Below, one piece after another: positions 29,525 through 39,702 of a stretch of DNA of 61,094 bases. How positions within the stretch are numbered: the stretch's first letter is position 1; each line of letters starts with the position of its first letter. The stretch comes from an uncultured virus (IMG/VR IMGVR_UViG_2061766007_000583). Taxonomy: Duplodnaviria > Heunggongvirae > Uroviricota > Caudoviricetes. The notes under the pieces are model-generated. The model was not told where the DNA came from and did not search any database. It was given only the letters and a program-made list of their open reading frames with translations. The stretch lies in the IMG/VR virus record IMGVR_UViG_2061766007_000583; one strand, 5' to 3'. Position numbers and translations under genes: made by a program.

Positions 29525-29706
29525 TATTCTTTCTCCTTTGCTTTATATTCTTTAAGTTCCTCTTGAACTCGCTTATCAGCAACCTTTGTAGCTTCTTGAA
29601 GAATCATTTCCAAAGTCATCCTTTTCACTTCAATCGGTAAATCGGACATATCTATCACTTTAAGCAAGTTCTCTCGGAACATCCTAATTTTTAAATTGTC
29701 TCCCAT
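29524..29706 (-). CDS. Small hypothetical protein
   Basis: 60 aa ORF with GGAG RBS in the tail operon. Confidence 0.55.
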   Translation of the reverse strand: MGDNLKIRMFRENLLKVIDMSDLPIEVKRMTLEMILQEATKVADKRVQEELKEYKAKEKE

Positions 29707-29717
29707 TTATTTATCTC

Positions 29718-31700
29718 CTATTGTGCGTAAAGAACACCGCCTGTGCCTGTACTTCTTAAAAGCGGATAATCTTCAAAGACATATCCACCGGCGGCAGTTG
29801 AATATTTGATTCTTGGTGTATTTGAAATCATACACCCGCCATAATCCATAAGAATTTGATGACCGCCAAGATTTAATCCACCAAGGCTCATGGTTATTGC
29901 ACTCGCATTAAGAGTTGAAATACCGTTCTTATCAGCCTTAAACACAACACTATTGCCTGATTTAAGTTCAAACTTGGAACTCGTTAAGGTATACGAGAAC
30001 TCTTGATTACCGGCGCTCTGTGAAGCTTTGGCAGTAATCTGTCCAGCCTGTTGTGTAATCTGTGTCTGTAAACTGTTCGTTGTGCTTTGTGTTGCATAAG
30101 TCGCCGCAACTGTCGTCTGTATCTGTGAAGCACTCTGACTAATAGCCGAGTTCATTTCAACTGTTGTCGGATAGTTCTCGGACAAATCAAGTGATAACTG
30201 CGAATACTCACTCTGTAATTCCTGGGCGGTAACTTTTAACTCTGCAATCTGTTGCAAAATGTAAGTTGTCTCGGAATCTGCGATTTCTTTCCAATACCAA
30301 ACATCATTCTCTCTAACGAAACGATAAGAGATAGCCGTATCTTCAACGAAACACAAGTCTCTCATGTGTTCTATGCGGTCTTGCTCGGTATAAACAAAAG
30401 TCAAATCGTCTGCGGTTTGTACTGTATTATTACAAGGGATATTTGTACAGAAATCCCAATAAGGATAATTGAGTAATGTCGGTTCACCTGTCGGTCTGAA
30501 ATAATACTCAATAACTCCGTCTATCTGGTCTTGTAAGTCCTGAATTTGAACTTCAAGAGCTTCTGCGGTTTGTCTGATTTCCGTCTGTAAACCTTGCTCA
30601 ACATCCGTTATCGTGCTTCGTGTTTCTTCTACTGATCTAAAGAGCCTGTTTGTCTTTCCTCTTAACTTAATAAGAGATTCATTTGAGTATGAAGCACTTC
30701 TTGAATACTCTTCAACTCCCTTTGCAGTAATACTCTCTCTGATAAAGTCTGTTGTTCTCTGTAAGATATACGAAGTAAATGAACCGTTAAACCCATCAGG
30801 AACCACGATCTTGTCTCCGAGTTCGTACTGTGGATTATACATATCATCACAAGTAATCGGTCTATATGAATAACTGTTTAAAGCATTTAATATAGTTGTT
30901 GCGATAGTTGTAAGCTCCTGGGAAGATAGTCCAAGGAAGAACATATTATCTTCGATTATGTAAGCATTACTTCCAAATCCCGCTACTTGTCCGATGTCCT
31001 CTTCATCTTCTCGGATGATGACCTTATCAATAGGAAGTGTTGTATATATCTCATGTGTCATGGCTGATACTTCGCCAAGAACAACACTCTTTACACTATT
31101 AGTAAATGATAAATACTCCATCTGTCCGTCATAATTGATATGACCGAAAACACAGTTTGCTTCACATAAAGGCTTGATTATATCTCTGCCGAGTATTTCT
31201 TCGCCGCCTACTGTCCTTTGAATAAGGAATGAGTCGTTAATAAGGCTCTGCGATTTCTGCGTGATGTTGAAATGTGAAAAGAACGCATTTCTAAAGTTAA
31301 GTAAGGTCATTGGCAAGTTAAGATTGTCATACCAGGTCGCAACATCGGTATTGAATATCTTGTACAAAGCATCATAAGCAACCGCCTTGACAGTCTTATC
31401 TGCTCCGTTTATATCGGCACTATAAATCTTGCCAGTAAAGACTTTTATCTCACTTGTGTTTTCCTTTTGGATGTAAACTTCAACTTCTTCGCCGTTTATG
31501 TTCGTTGTGTAATCATTTAAGGTAAATTCAACCTTTGTTGAAATACATCCAACATAAAAAAGGGTGTCTGTATCGGAGATCGCTTCTGTCATTTTGATAC
31601 TGCCAACATTGGCATCCGAAATACTCTCTTCTAATCCAGGTAAATATATTCTTTTTGAAGTATAGGAGATTCCGCTCCAATCGTCCGAAAGTGTTCTCAT
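29718..31700 (-). CDS. Tail-associated hub/central fibre protein (phage B)
   Basis: 660 aa after Dit-position gene; CVFGHINYDG, PQYELGD, coiled-coil C-region. Confidence 0.65.
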   Translation of the reverse strand: MRTLSDDWSGISYTSKRIYLPGLEESISDANVGSIKMTEAISDTDTLFYVGCISTKVEFTLNDYTTNINGEEVEVYIQKENTSEIKVFTGKIYSADINGADKTVKAVAYDALYKIFNTDVATWYDNLNLPMTLLNFRNAFFSHFNITQKSQSLINDSFLIQRTVGGEEILGRDIIKPLCEANCVFGHINYDGQMEYLSFTNSVKSVVLGEVSAMTHEIYTTLPIDKVIIREDEEDIGQVAGFGSNAYIIEDNMFFLGLSSQELTTIATTILNALNSYSYRPITCDDMYNPQYELGDKIVVPDGFNGSFTSYILQRTTDFIRESITAKGVEEYSRSASYSNESLIKLRGKTNRLFRSVEETRSTITDVEQGLQTEIRQTAEALEVQIQDLQDQIDGVIEYYFRPTGEPTLLNYPYWDFCTNIPCNNTVQTADDLTFVYTEQDRIEHMRDLCFVEDTAISYRFVRENDVWYWKEIADSETTYILQQIAELKVTAQELQSEYSQLSLDLSENYPTTVEMNSAISQSASQIQTTVAATYATQSTTNSLQTQITQQAGQITAKASQSAGNQEFSYTLTSSKFELKSGNSVVFKADKNGISTLNASAITMSLGGLNLGGHQILMDYGGCMISNTPRIKYSTAAGGYVFEDYPLLRSTGTGGVLYAQ

Positions 31701-32071
31701 TATCTTTCCTCTAATTTGATTTGCGTTGTTGCATATTGAATGTTATTTCCCTCGATGGTTAAATGACTCCAACTTATAGGATGTATTTTGAAAGTCCCGG
31801 TCTTATAGGTACTTGAATCATCATCCCAATATTCGACACTTGCATCTGATGACGAATTGAAAAAAGCCGCCAAAGTTGCATGATCTGCTGAATCGTGTTC
31901 CCTAATTGAGAAAGTGATGATTGTTTTTAAAGTTGGATAATAGATTTCGTGTGAGATACCGTTTATATCGTTATAAGATTTAGCAACACGAGGCTCTCTC
32001 GTGACATTGAAAGAGCCTTTTGCTACATTGTTGTTTTGAAATATGTTGTTATTGATTTTTATTCTGTACAT
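31700..32071 (-). CDS. Distal tail protein (putative)
   Basis: 123 aa directly after TMP, ends IKLEER. Confidence 0.55.
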   Translation of the reverse strand: MYRIKINNNIFQNNNVAKGSFNVTREPRVAKSYNDINGISHEIYYPTLKTIITFSIREHDSADHATLAAFFNSSSDASVEYWDDDSSTYKTGTFKIHPISWSHLTIEGNNIQYATTQIKLEER

Positions 32072-32080
32072 GGCTTCTCC

Positions 32081-33815
32081 TTATATGGCTGATAATCCGC
32101 CATGAGTCTGTTTATAGGTTGTGTTCTGCTTAACAACCATGTTAAATAATCCGTCTGTGTCGGCTTCGAGCTTAATTGTGAGTCCAACTGTGTTAAGTGC
32201 TTCAATGAAAGCTTCTTTCATATCGTCAACACTATTTGTTTTCGGTAAAGGTGTAACGGATGCGCCTTTAGGAAGATTAAGAAGCTCGGCTCCGTTCTCT
32301 CCAACTATTGCGCTACCCTCTTCCGTTACAATTCCACCTTTAGCAAGTAAAGGAATATTTACCTTTGGAATTTCAACCTTATCAACATCAATGTTGACAC
32401 CGGGAATAGCATCCACCAATTTTGCGGCGGTTNNNNNNNNNNGACAATTTCATATTATTACCCCCTTAATTAGATTGCGGCGGGTTTTGTTACNNNNNNN
32501 NNNAGCCATCTGTCAAACCATGGATAATAAGGTTGATAATGTTCTTGAAGATCTTCCAAATACCATTAAAAGCAAGTTCCCAATTACCTGTGAACACACC
32601 TGTCAAGAAATCGCCTAAACCTTGGAAAATTCCAATGACGGAATCTATTGTCGGTTTCAAAAGTCCGATTCCTCGATTAAGCACATCGGCGATAAAATCT
32701 GCCGTAAACTCAACTACTGCTATGAGTGCCGGCATGACACCCTCGATAATATAAACCAATGCTTCAATTAAAGGCGGTAATATTGACGAGAGTAATTCTG
32801 CTAACGGTACCAGGATAGCCGAAACAAGTGTTGCCATTGGCTCAACTAAAGGAAGTAAAGCCGTTATCAAAGGCAATAATGCGTTTATTGTATCAAGCAA
32901 TACAGGAAGTAATGTTTGGATTATTGTAATCATTACCGGCAATAATGCTGATGACAATTCGAGTGCTACCGGCATTAAGGTTGTTATCAAGTCAAACAAT
33001 ACCGAGAATATCTTCTTTGAGAAATCCAAAGCTACCGGCATTAACTGTTGTGACATTTCCATCATTTGAGGAATGAATGACACCATAAAATCACTTATAG
33101 GCGGTAAGAACTCCTGGAGCATAGCCTGTAATGTTGGAACATTTTCAAGTATTGCCTTTAAAAATTCATTAAGTGTTGGCAAAACGGCGGCTCCGAGTTG
33201 ATTTTTAAGTGAATCAAATGTCTGTTGTAAATCACTCATCAAATCGCCAAATTCGACACCGGCTTTTACTGCATCGCCACTCATAACCAAGCCAAGCTCA
33301 TTAGCTCTGTCAATAAGTCCGTTGAAGTCCTCGCCTGATTGCTCAATTAAGGGAGAGAGATTATAAGCGATCTTATCTCCAAAGAGTTCAGCCGCTTTTG
33401 CGCTTCGCTCTTCTGCGGTTCCTAACTCCATGATAGAGTTGATCGCATCATCGAAGTTAATATTCGTTCCCTCTAACTTCTTCGCCGCTTGTTCCATCGT
33501 TGACATTTCAACACCGCATTGACCGGCGGCATAAGACAATTCCTGATACTTCTCGGCAGTAATGCCCATTCGTATAGAAGCTTTGTCTATTTCGTCAGCC
33601 TGGGCGGAAAAGTCGTTAGCCAAATCCATAACTGCTCCGCCTACTGCGGTTGCCGTTCCGATTACTGCAGTTGCAACTCCTGTCACAACACCGGCTACTT
33701 TTCCAAGTCCCTCAGCTACACTTAATGCTTTTTTATCTGTTTTGGCAAGTGACTCATTGGCTTTGTCAGTATCAACAAAAACCGAGCCTACAAGTTTGAA
33801 GATTTCTAATGCCAT
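32081..33815 (-). CDS. Tape measure protein (phage B; interrupted by an assembly gap at 32433-32503)
   Basis: MALEIFKLVGSV N-terminus, amphipathic repeats, FTGNWELA; C-terminal IPLLAKGG..VGENGAELL. Confidence 0.8.
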
Positions 33816-34132
33816 TATTTCATCCCCGCTTGTTTATGTATCTCTGTAATCTCATTTATGATCTCGTCAGCCGGTCGCCAATCTATGTTGGCTCCTGTCA
33901 TCTGCTCATAAAACTTATCGAAAGTCATATATTTGCCACTTTGCACCAAAACAGGCAACAATGCCAAATACTGTCTTTCTACGATTGCTTTCTTTTCGTT
34001 TTCTATTGCCAATTTAAGAAATTCGATAAACTCATCAAGCTCCATGTCTTTAATAAAGCTTAGCGAATGATATTTTCGTAAGAGTAATTCCTTAATCTCT
34101 ATTTCGTTAATTTGGCACCCAATGAGAAAAAA
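33815..34132 (-). CDS. Tail assembly chaperone, -1 frameshift extension
   Basis: No good start; -1 frame relative to the upstream chaperone; slippery T TTT TTC at 34126-34132 (minus strand). Confidence 0.65.
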   Translation of the reverse strand, partial: FFLIGCQINEIEIKELLLRKYHSLSFIKDMELDEFIEFLKLAIENEKKAIVERQYLALLPVLVQSGKYMTFDKFYEQMTGANIDWRPADEIINEITEIHKQAGMK

Positions 34133-34425
34133 GTTTTCCACTTCTCCCAATCTGCAACTTCTTTGAGCTTCTCCAATGTGTCAATCGGATCCATTTTCTC
34201 GACTACCTCAATAGGCTCCTCAAATAAGTCTGAAAGAAATACGAAGATTTCATCCTCAACTTCTTTCTCTGAACAATGTGTGAATATCGCAAAGAGAATG
34301 TCAAAGCCTAAAGTCTCGACATCCGTATCTTTGGATATAGAAATATTCTTAAATTCTTCTCTTAAATTCGCCTTTGAAATGATTCTTCCAAAGGTAAAAA
34401 CATCCGTATTCTGTAATTTTCTCAT
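34099..34425 (-). CDS. Tail assembly chaperone
   Basis: 108 aa between tail tube and TMP; ends KTFFSLG across the slippery site. Confidence 0.75.
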   Translation of the reverse strand: MRKLQNTDVFTFGRIISKANLREEFKNISISKDTDVETLGFDILFAIFTHCSEKEVEDEIFVFLSDLFEEPIEVVEKMDPIDTLEKLKEVADWEKWKTFFSLGAKLTK

Positions 34426-34447
34426 GGTTTGTCTCCTTATAAATTAA

Positions 34448-34470
34448 GGGGAGTGCCTTAAACACTCCCC
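34448..34470 (-). terminator. GC-rich hairpin after tail tube gene
   Basis: GGGGAGTG..CACTCCCC followed by TTAATTT on the minus strand. Confidence 0.55.
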
Positions 34471-34476
34471 AAATCC

Positions 34477-34989
34477 TTATACTGATAATTCGATTCCCGC
34501 ATAAATGTCGGTAAGTCTTGTCAGCATTGTCAATATATTCATCGTAAGCTTTGCTCTTGATGATTCCATAACAACACGATTCTTTACTGCTCCTCTGTCG
34601 CCATCTGCGTTGATCTCTCTGAACTCTCTCTCAACATTGAAAGAGCCGCCACCTCTTGTCAAGGCAACTGCGGTCTGTCCGATGTAGAACACACCGGCAC
34701 CGAGAACGATCTCGCTTGCCCCGGCAGTAACTGTTCCATCGATCTCAATAGTCCAAGGCTCCATTGTTGATGTACTCGCATTGTCGGAGTTATCATAACA
34801 AGCCTGGAACTCGATAGCCTGAACAACATCGCTCTTTTCAGCAACTGTCCATTCGAGATTACCCATGTTGATTGCATTGGAGAGTTTGATTGTTATGGCA
34901 TTTCCGCCTTTGGTTGTTCCAACCCAAGACACTTCTTTAAAATCTGCACTAACAACTTTGCCTGTGCCGAGATACTTTGCTATTGCCAT
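34477..34989 (-). CDS. Major tail tube protein (apparently circularly permuted)
   Basis: Contains LGAG..ALTRGGGSF..REINADG and VSWVG..LSNA..EK.D...EF.A.YD..PW motifs; position before chaperones. Confidence 0.75.
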   Translation of the reverse strand: MAIAKYLGTGKVVSADFKEVSWVGTTKGGNAITIKLSNAINMGNLEWTVAEKSDVVQAIEFQACYDNSDNASTSTMEPWTIEIDGTVTAGASEIVLGAGVFYIGQTAVALTRGGGSFNVEREFREINADGDRGAVKNRVVMESSRAKLTMNILTMLTRLTDIYAGIELSV

Positions 34990-34993
34990 TTTT

Positions 34994-35377
34994 CTACCTC
35001 ACATAATTCTGAATTTGAAATTTGATTAAACGATGCTTGATGGATTTATCCGTATCTAAAATTGATTTACGGTCAATTTTGTAAAAGGTCGGTAAGATAT
35101 TCGTCTGTGGAAGATTCTTGGCTTGAAGTAAGTCCTCGATTTTATCCGACAACTCGTCTATCCCTGTTGTACTTGTTCCTTTATCCCAAACATCAACTTC
35201 CAAGATATAATCTTGTCTTGCTAAATCTCCCAGGTCTATATCTCTAAATGAAAATACGACATGAGGATATAAAGCATTGTCTGTCGCCTGTTCAAAGAAA
35301 ACATTCGTTGTCAGGGTTTTAAGCTTTGTCTGTATTAACTTTTTCAAATCATTAGTTCTTGTGACTTCATTCGCCAT
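34994..35377 (-). CDS. Tail terminator/completion protein
   Basis: ALYPHVVF..LEVDVWD motif; position. Confidence 0.65.
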   Translation of the reverse strand: MANEVTRTNDLKKLIQTKLKTLTTNVFFEQATDNALYPHVVFSFRDIDLGDLARQDYILEVDVWDKGTSTTGIDELSDKIEDLLQAKNLPQTNILPTFYKIDRKSILDTDKSIKHRLIKFQIQNYVR

Positions 35378-35828
35378 CGTCTTTGTATTCTCCCTCGTCA
35401 ATAAGCGCAAGAGCTTCAGCTTCTTCATTAAGTGCGCTCAAATATTTGGATTCAATTTCGATTATTTTCGGGATATTATCTTCAACGGAATTTGTTAAGA
35501 GTTTCAGTTTCGGTTGCTTTGATGTGCCAAATTCCTGAAAGTACGCATAGAATCCGTCTACTTTTCCGTTCTTCAAGCCGATTTCAACTCTCGGATATTT
35601 TGTATTCTTACTCGATAAAACAACATAGTTGACCGCTTTTCCGCCATCTCCTGTGTGCTTTTCAAAAACCGAGTAATAAGCATCTCGGAAAGTTCTTTTA
35701 ACGAATTTGCCAACATCACGCAAAGCCGCCCTATTTAATTCGAATATGTAATATTGAGCTGCATCTACATTAGAAGTATAAGTCACTCCGTTCTTATTGA
35801 TTTTTGTAACCGATTTCGGAGCGCCCAT
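35367..35828 (-). CDS. HK97 gp10-like neck protein
   Basis: FYAYFQEFGTSKQP motif. Confidence 0.75.
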   Translation of the reverse strand: MGAPKSVTKINKNGVTYTSNVDAAQYYIFELNRAALRDVGKFVKRTFRDAYYSVFEKHTGDGGKAVNYVVLSSKNTKYPRVEIGLKNGKVDGFYAYFQEFGTSKQPKLKLLTNSVEDNIPKIIEIESKYLSALNEEAEALALIDEGEYKDDGE

Positions 35829-36139
35829 TAGTCAATACCTCGCTTACATACAATTTCAAGGTTAATTTTGTTCCGATATGTTCTCAATACTGTATAATCC
35901 TCGGTAACTCCACCATAAGGACAATAGGATATAATCTTCTCATCCTGGTAGTCTGCGAAATCAGCAATCACAAACTTGATTTCAGGTTTTAACCCTGTCG
36001 CTTGTGCCTGATAGAACTCGGTTTGTCCGATGGATTTTACTTCTGCGAACACATTTCTCGATGTGAATGTCTGAACTGTATCTCCGTATTCATTTACTGT
36101 GTTGGTTTCCTTTTTCAAGGTAATAAGATCATTAAACAT
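35828..36139 (-). CDS. Head closure (head-tail joining) protein
   Basis: NEYGD..VFAEVKSIGQTEFYQAQATGLKPE motif. Confidence 0.75.
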   Translation of the reverse strand: MFNDLITLKKETNTVNEYGDTVQTFTSRNVFAEVKSIGQTEFYQAQATGLKPEIKFVIADFADYQDEKIISYCPYGGVTEDYTVLRTYRNKINLEIVCKRGID

Positions 36140-36461
36140 TCTCAACTCCGTAAGATTTTCTCAAACAATCACATTGATATAAAAAGCTCTCGTCATATCT
36201 TTTCGCATCGTTTGAATCTGCGGTAAAGTACGCAAGAGCATAAGTCTTAATCGCCGTTTCGACATTCTCTGCACTACCGTTAGCAACATCCTCATTTACT
36301 CCGGCTCGAATGAGTTCCAAACGAGCCGAAGCAATTACTTCATTGATTTCGCCATCAAGTAAGTTGTGAGAAATACGAAGAGCAAGTTTGACTTTATCGA
36401 AGATGGTAGGCGGAGTCGGTTCGTCTTGAACTTCCTCTTCCAAGATAATTTCGTCTGTCAT
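36132..36461 (-). CDS. Head-tail connector (gp6-like)
   Basis: KVKLALRISH..DGEI..ARLEL motif. Confidence 0.75.
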   Translation of the reverse strand: MTDEIILEEEVQDEPTPPTIFDKVKLALRISHNLLDGEINEVIASARLELIRAGVNEDVANGSAENVETAIKTYALAYFTADSNDAKRYDESFLYQCDCLRKSYGVENV

Positions 36462-36479
36462 TTCCTTGCTCCTTTCGGT

Positions 36480-36683
36480 TTATTTTTTCTTAGTTGTTTT
36501 TGTCTTGGGTTTTTCTTCCTTGACTTCTTCAACCTTGTCGGCTTTGGCTCCGTTTAATACTTTGCCAAATCCTCTTGATTCGATTTCTTTGGCTCTTTTT
36601 TCAGGATACTCAACAACTTCTCCAACATTGCGGAAAATGTTTGTATCCTTATCAATAAAGCCTATTGTGACCAACAATTTCAT
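36480..36683 (-). CDS. Small capsid-adjacent protein (F.D..VGEVVE..RA..I..G domain plus Lys-rich tail)
   Basis: 67 aa immediately after capsid gene, with GGGGG RBS. Confidence 0.7.
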   Translation of the reverse strand: MKLLVTIGFIDKDTNIFRNVGEVVEYPEKRAKEIESRGFGKVLNGAKADKVEEVKEEKPKTKTTKKK

Positions 36684-36699
36684 ATTATTACCCCCTTAA

Positions 36700-37869
36700 T
36701 TAGATTGCGGCGGGTTTTGTTACAAGTGTGAAAGCTTTGCAAGCGCAAGGCATAGCACCACCTACTAAAGTTCCGCAAGCTTCAACCATGCCGGACTTTT
36801 TCTGTGTGAGTTCATCAAGTACAACGTCAACTCCGTCTCCATTAGGGAAGTTAGCAACACAACCGTAATCGAAGTCGCCTACGATCATCCATACCTGGTT
36901 CTCTGTTGCGCTTGAATAAGCGGGAAGAGTATCGTTGTAATAAACATCCAATCCCTCGAAAGGATCAACACCATATCCGTTTGCGTAAGCCGATGCTTTC
37001 AATGTTGCATGAGTAAGCTTGTTAATTACAACAACAGGGTTTTCTGCTTCGTCAGAAAGGTTAGCAAATGCTTCTGATACTGTGCCGACAGTTGCGCCAA
37101 CCTTGATTTTAGCGGCTGACGGAGTTGTTGTAGTAGCGCTTGTGGGAAGTGCAACAATCTGCTGAATAAGGTCTTTAAGAACTGCTCTCATAATCTTATG
37201 AGAAAGTTCTCTGTAAATGTACTGTAAGAAAGCTTCTCCTCTCATAGCCATAACAGTTTTAGAGAAGCTAACCCACTTGATGATCTCCTTGGGAGTAAGT
37301 GTAGCAATACCAAGAGAAAGTGTTTCCTCTGAAACTGCTCCTGAACCCTCATCATGGATAACTGCATCTGAACCGCTGATTTCGAACTGCTGTGCAATGT
37401 AAGCGGCTTCAAACTTTCTTGAAATACGAGAAAGAAGTGCATTGCTTTCCCATGCGGTCTTAATCTCATCCATTACGATCTGGGGAACTGCGATTGTTCC
37501 TGCATCGCCTACATTAGTTGTAAGGAGTGAACGAACTTCATCGTCCTTACCTGTCTTGATGTACTCTGCAAAAGCTTCAACATATTCTTTTGAATTTCTG
37601 TACTCTTCAATCTTTACCATTGATCTTTCCTCTTTTCTTTCTTCAATAATAGAATCAGGCTTCTTGCCCTCTTCGAGTTCCTTTGCCAAAGACTTTCTTT
37701 CTTCCAGGTCTTTGAGTTCTGCTTTTCTTTCTGCAAGAAGAGTTCTCTCTTCCTTGAAAGATTCTTCAAGCTCTGACAATTTTTCTGCTGATTCTGCTGA
37801 ATCAATTTCTGCTTTCATCTCTGCGATTCTCGCTTCAATGTCAGCAATAGTCATGTCTTTGAGTTCCAT
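36700..37869 (-). CDS. HK97-type major capsid protein (phage B)
   Basis: N-terminal coiled-coil delta domain; AGTIAVP, HDEG and IVGDF motifs. Confidence 0.9.
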   Translation of the reverse strand: MELKDMTIADIEARIAEMKAEIDSAESAEKLSELEESFKEERTLLAERKAELKDLEERKSLAKELEEGKKPDSIIEERKEERSMVKIEEYRNSKEYVEAFAEYIKTGKDDEVRSLLTTNVGDAGTIAVPQIVMDEIKTAWESNALLSRISRKFEAAYIAQQFEISGSDAVIHDEGSGAVSEETLSLGIATLTPKEIIKWVSFSKTVMAMRGEAFLQYIYRELSHKIMRAVLKDLIQQIVALPTSATTTTPSAAKIKVGATVGTVSEAFANLSDEAENPVVVINKLTHATLKASAYANGYGVDPFEGLDVYYNDTLPAYSSATENQVWMIVGDFDYGCVANFPNGDGVDVVLDELTQKKSGMVEACGTLVGGAMPCACKAFTLVTKPAAI

Positions 37870-37871
37870 GA

Positions 37872-38495
37872 TTAAACCTCCAAATCTAAAATCGCTTTCA
37901 GTTTTAACTTTGCTAACTCCAACTTTCTTGTTTCTTCCTCTCGTGCAAGTCTCTCCGCTTTCTCCTGTTCGATAAATCCATCAAACCGAGATCGAGTGGC
38001 AACTGAAATGTCTGTTGTTGGATTAGCCGGGAAGCTTACGGCTGAAACATCATATAACTTTGCTATATGACGAATCGTGCGTAAGTGTTCCTTTGTGTTA
38101 TATTCATCATCATCAACAACAAATGCGAAAGACATCTGCGTATACATTCCCGCTTCAATCTCTTCAAACATTTGTCTTGATGTGGATGTCTTGCTTAAAT
38201 CTGTTTCTGTAAGAAGTCCGTTCTCATCAATAGTGAGTTTCAAAGTTTCATTCTTGGTTCTTGCAAAAACAGTTCCCTGATGATCTTTAAGGAATACAAC
38301 ATCGGATAAGTCCGTTCCCTCAAATGCTTCAGGAAGAATCTTCTCTTTGTACTCTGTTCCGTTCTCATCAGTAAAAAGAACATATTCATTCCAATTAGTC
38401 GCATATCCACGAACTAAAAAAGAGGACTCTTCCGAACCCTCTTTTCGAACTTCTACCATTGGCATAGTTCTGTATTCTCTGTTATCTCTTATCAT
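37872..38495 (-). CDS. HK97-family prohead protease
   Basis: VRGYA, FLKDH..FART, MSFAF, LYDVSAVSFPANP. Confidence 0.92.
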   Translation of the reverse strand: MIRDNREYRTMPMVEVRKEGSEESSFLVRGYATNWNEYVLFTDENGTEYKEKILPEAFEGTDLSDVVFLKDHQGTVFARTKNETLKLTIDENGLLTETDLSKTSTSRQMFEEIEAGMYTQMSFAFVVDDDEYNTKEHLRTIRHIAKLYDVSAVSFPANPTTDISVATRSRFDGFIEQEKAERLAREEETRKLELAKLKLKAILDLEV

Positions 38496-39694
38496 TCTTC
38501 ATCCTCACTTTCATCACTTTTCGGTCTGCCAACCGGGTTTCCTGTGCTATCGTCTGTTGTGTCTCCTGTTTTTGATGTATCGAGTCTTAAAACAAACTCG
38601 TCTCCGCCCTCATAAGGCGGCATATTAAAGAGTTCTCTGTATTCGTTTGGAGTCATAAGTCCACGATCTACAAGAGCAACCATAGAGATTTTGGTTTTAG
38701 CGCTTGCGTACTGCAAGCGATTTGACTCGTACCAAACTTCATTGTCATAAGATATTTCCCTGGATGTGAATATCTTTCTTGTAAGCTCCAAAGATAACGC
38801 AACCAAAAACGGCTCGATTCTTGATTCGTAAAAAGCATCATATTCCGATTCGCTATAATTAGATTGGATTATCTTTTTATTAACACCGAAATATTTGTAA
38901 ATTCTTTCAATGTAAGCATCGGATTCTTCTGCTGAAGCGGTTGTGGGTTTTAAGTTGATCTCTTTGAATTCCTGTGTTGCATCCAAAGAAGCAATTCCGC
39001 CCTCGTTTTCAAGATTCATGTAATCTTTAACGAATGTCTCTTTCTGCTTCTTCAAATCTTCAGGAGATAACATAGCCTTGGTTGATTTGAGGATTCCTCG
39101 TAAGTTTGCAGTTGACTTAACTGCGTTTTGGATTCCGTCGTCCATCGTATTAACAACATCCAATGTCTTAAACAAAGGTTTGTTATTCTCTCCGCCGATG
39201 TCGCTCCAAAGATAGTCTTTTCGAATAACTGCTAAATCTTCCCAAGGAAGAACCAAATGCCTTACTGAATCGCCATGAAAGATAAACTTAACAAAAAGTC
39301 TGTTGCCGGATTCAACTCCCTGGAAAGAATAAAAAGGCACAGGATAAAATCCAATAACCTGATTCTTGTTATCTCTTTCGATATAAAGAAAAGCGGTATT
39401 TTTTACTTCCAGGATGTTTCTTAACTTCGCTAACATATCCTTTCCGTTCATATACTTATTAGGATTCAAAGCAAGTAATCTTTGAATATCCTTATTCGTA
39501 CACCTCGGATTAGCTTTTGATGTATGCTCCGATAAGGCTCTTATACAAGTTCTTACTGCATCGCTTTGATACATATCGGAACCAAATGCCCCAAAATGTG
39601 AACGATAACTTCCCAATTCCTTGAAAGTCGTCATTGTCTTTGTCTGAATTGGCTTTTCCTTTTTAAATAAGTCTAAAATGCTTCTTCTTTCCAT
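38492..39694 (-). CDS. HK97-family portal protein
   Basis: LNPNKYMN, LRGILK, GLMTPNEYRE.FNMPPYEGGD. Confidence 0.92.
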   Translation of the reverse strand: MERRSILDLFKKEKPIQTKTMTTFKELGSYRSHFGAFGSDMYQSDAVRTCIRALSEHTSKANPRCTNKDIQRLLALNPNKYMNGKDMLAKLRNILEVKNTAFLYIERDNKNQVIGFYPVPFYSFQGVESGNRLFVKFIFHGDSVRHLVLPWEDLAVIRKDYLWSDIGGENNKPLFKTLDVVNTMDDGIQNAVKSTANLRGILKSTKAMLSPEDLKKQKETFVKDYMNLENEGGIASLDATQEFKEINLKPTTASAEESDAYIERIYKYFGVNKKIIQSNYSESEYDAFYESRIEPFLVALSLELTRKIFTSREISYDNEVWYESNRLQYASAKTKISMVALVDRGLMTPNEYRELFNMPPYEGGDEFVLRLDTSKTGDTTDDSTGNPVGRPKSDESEDEE

Positions 39695-39702
39695 TTCCTC
39701 TC

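Noticed and set aside
32443..32493. Insertion in the phage B tape measure gene
   Set aside because: A 51-nt island between two N gaps that duplicates 36674-36723; assembly artefact
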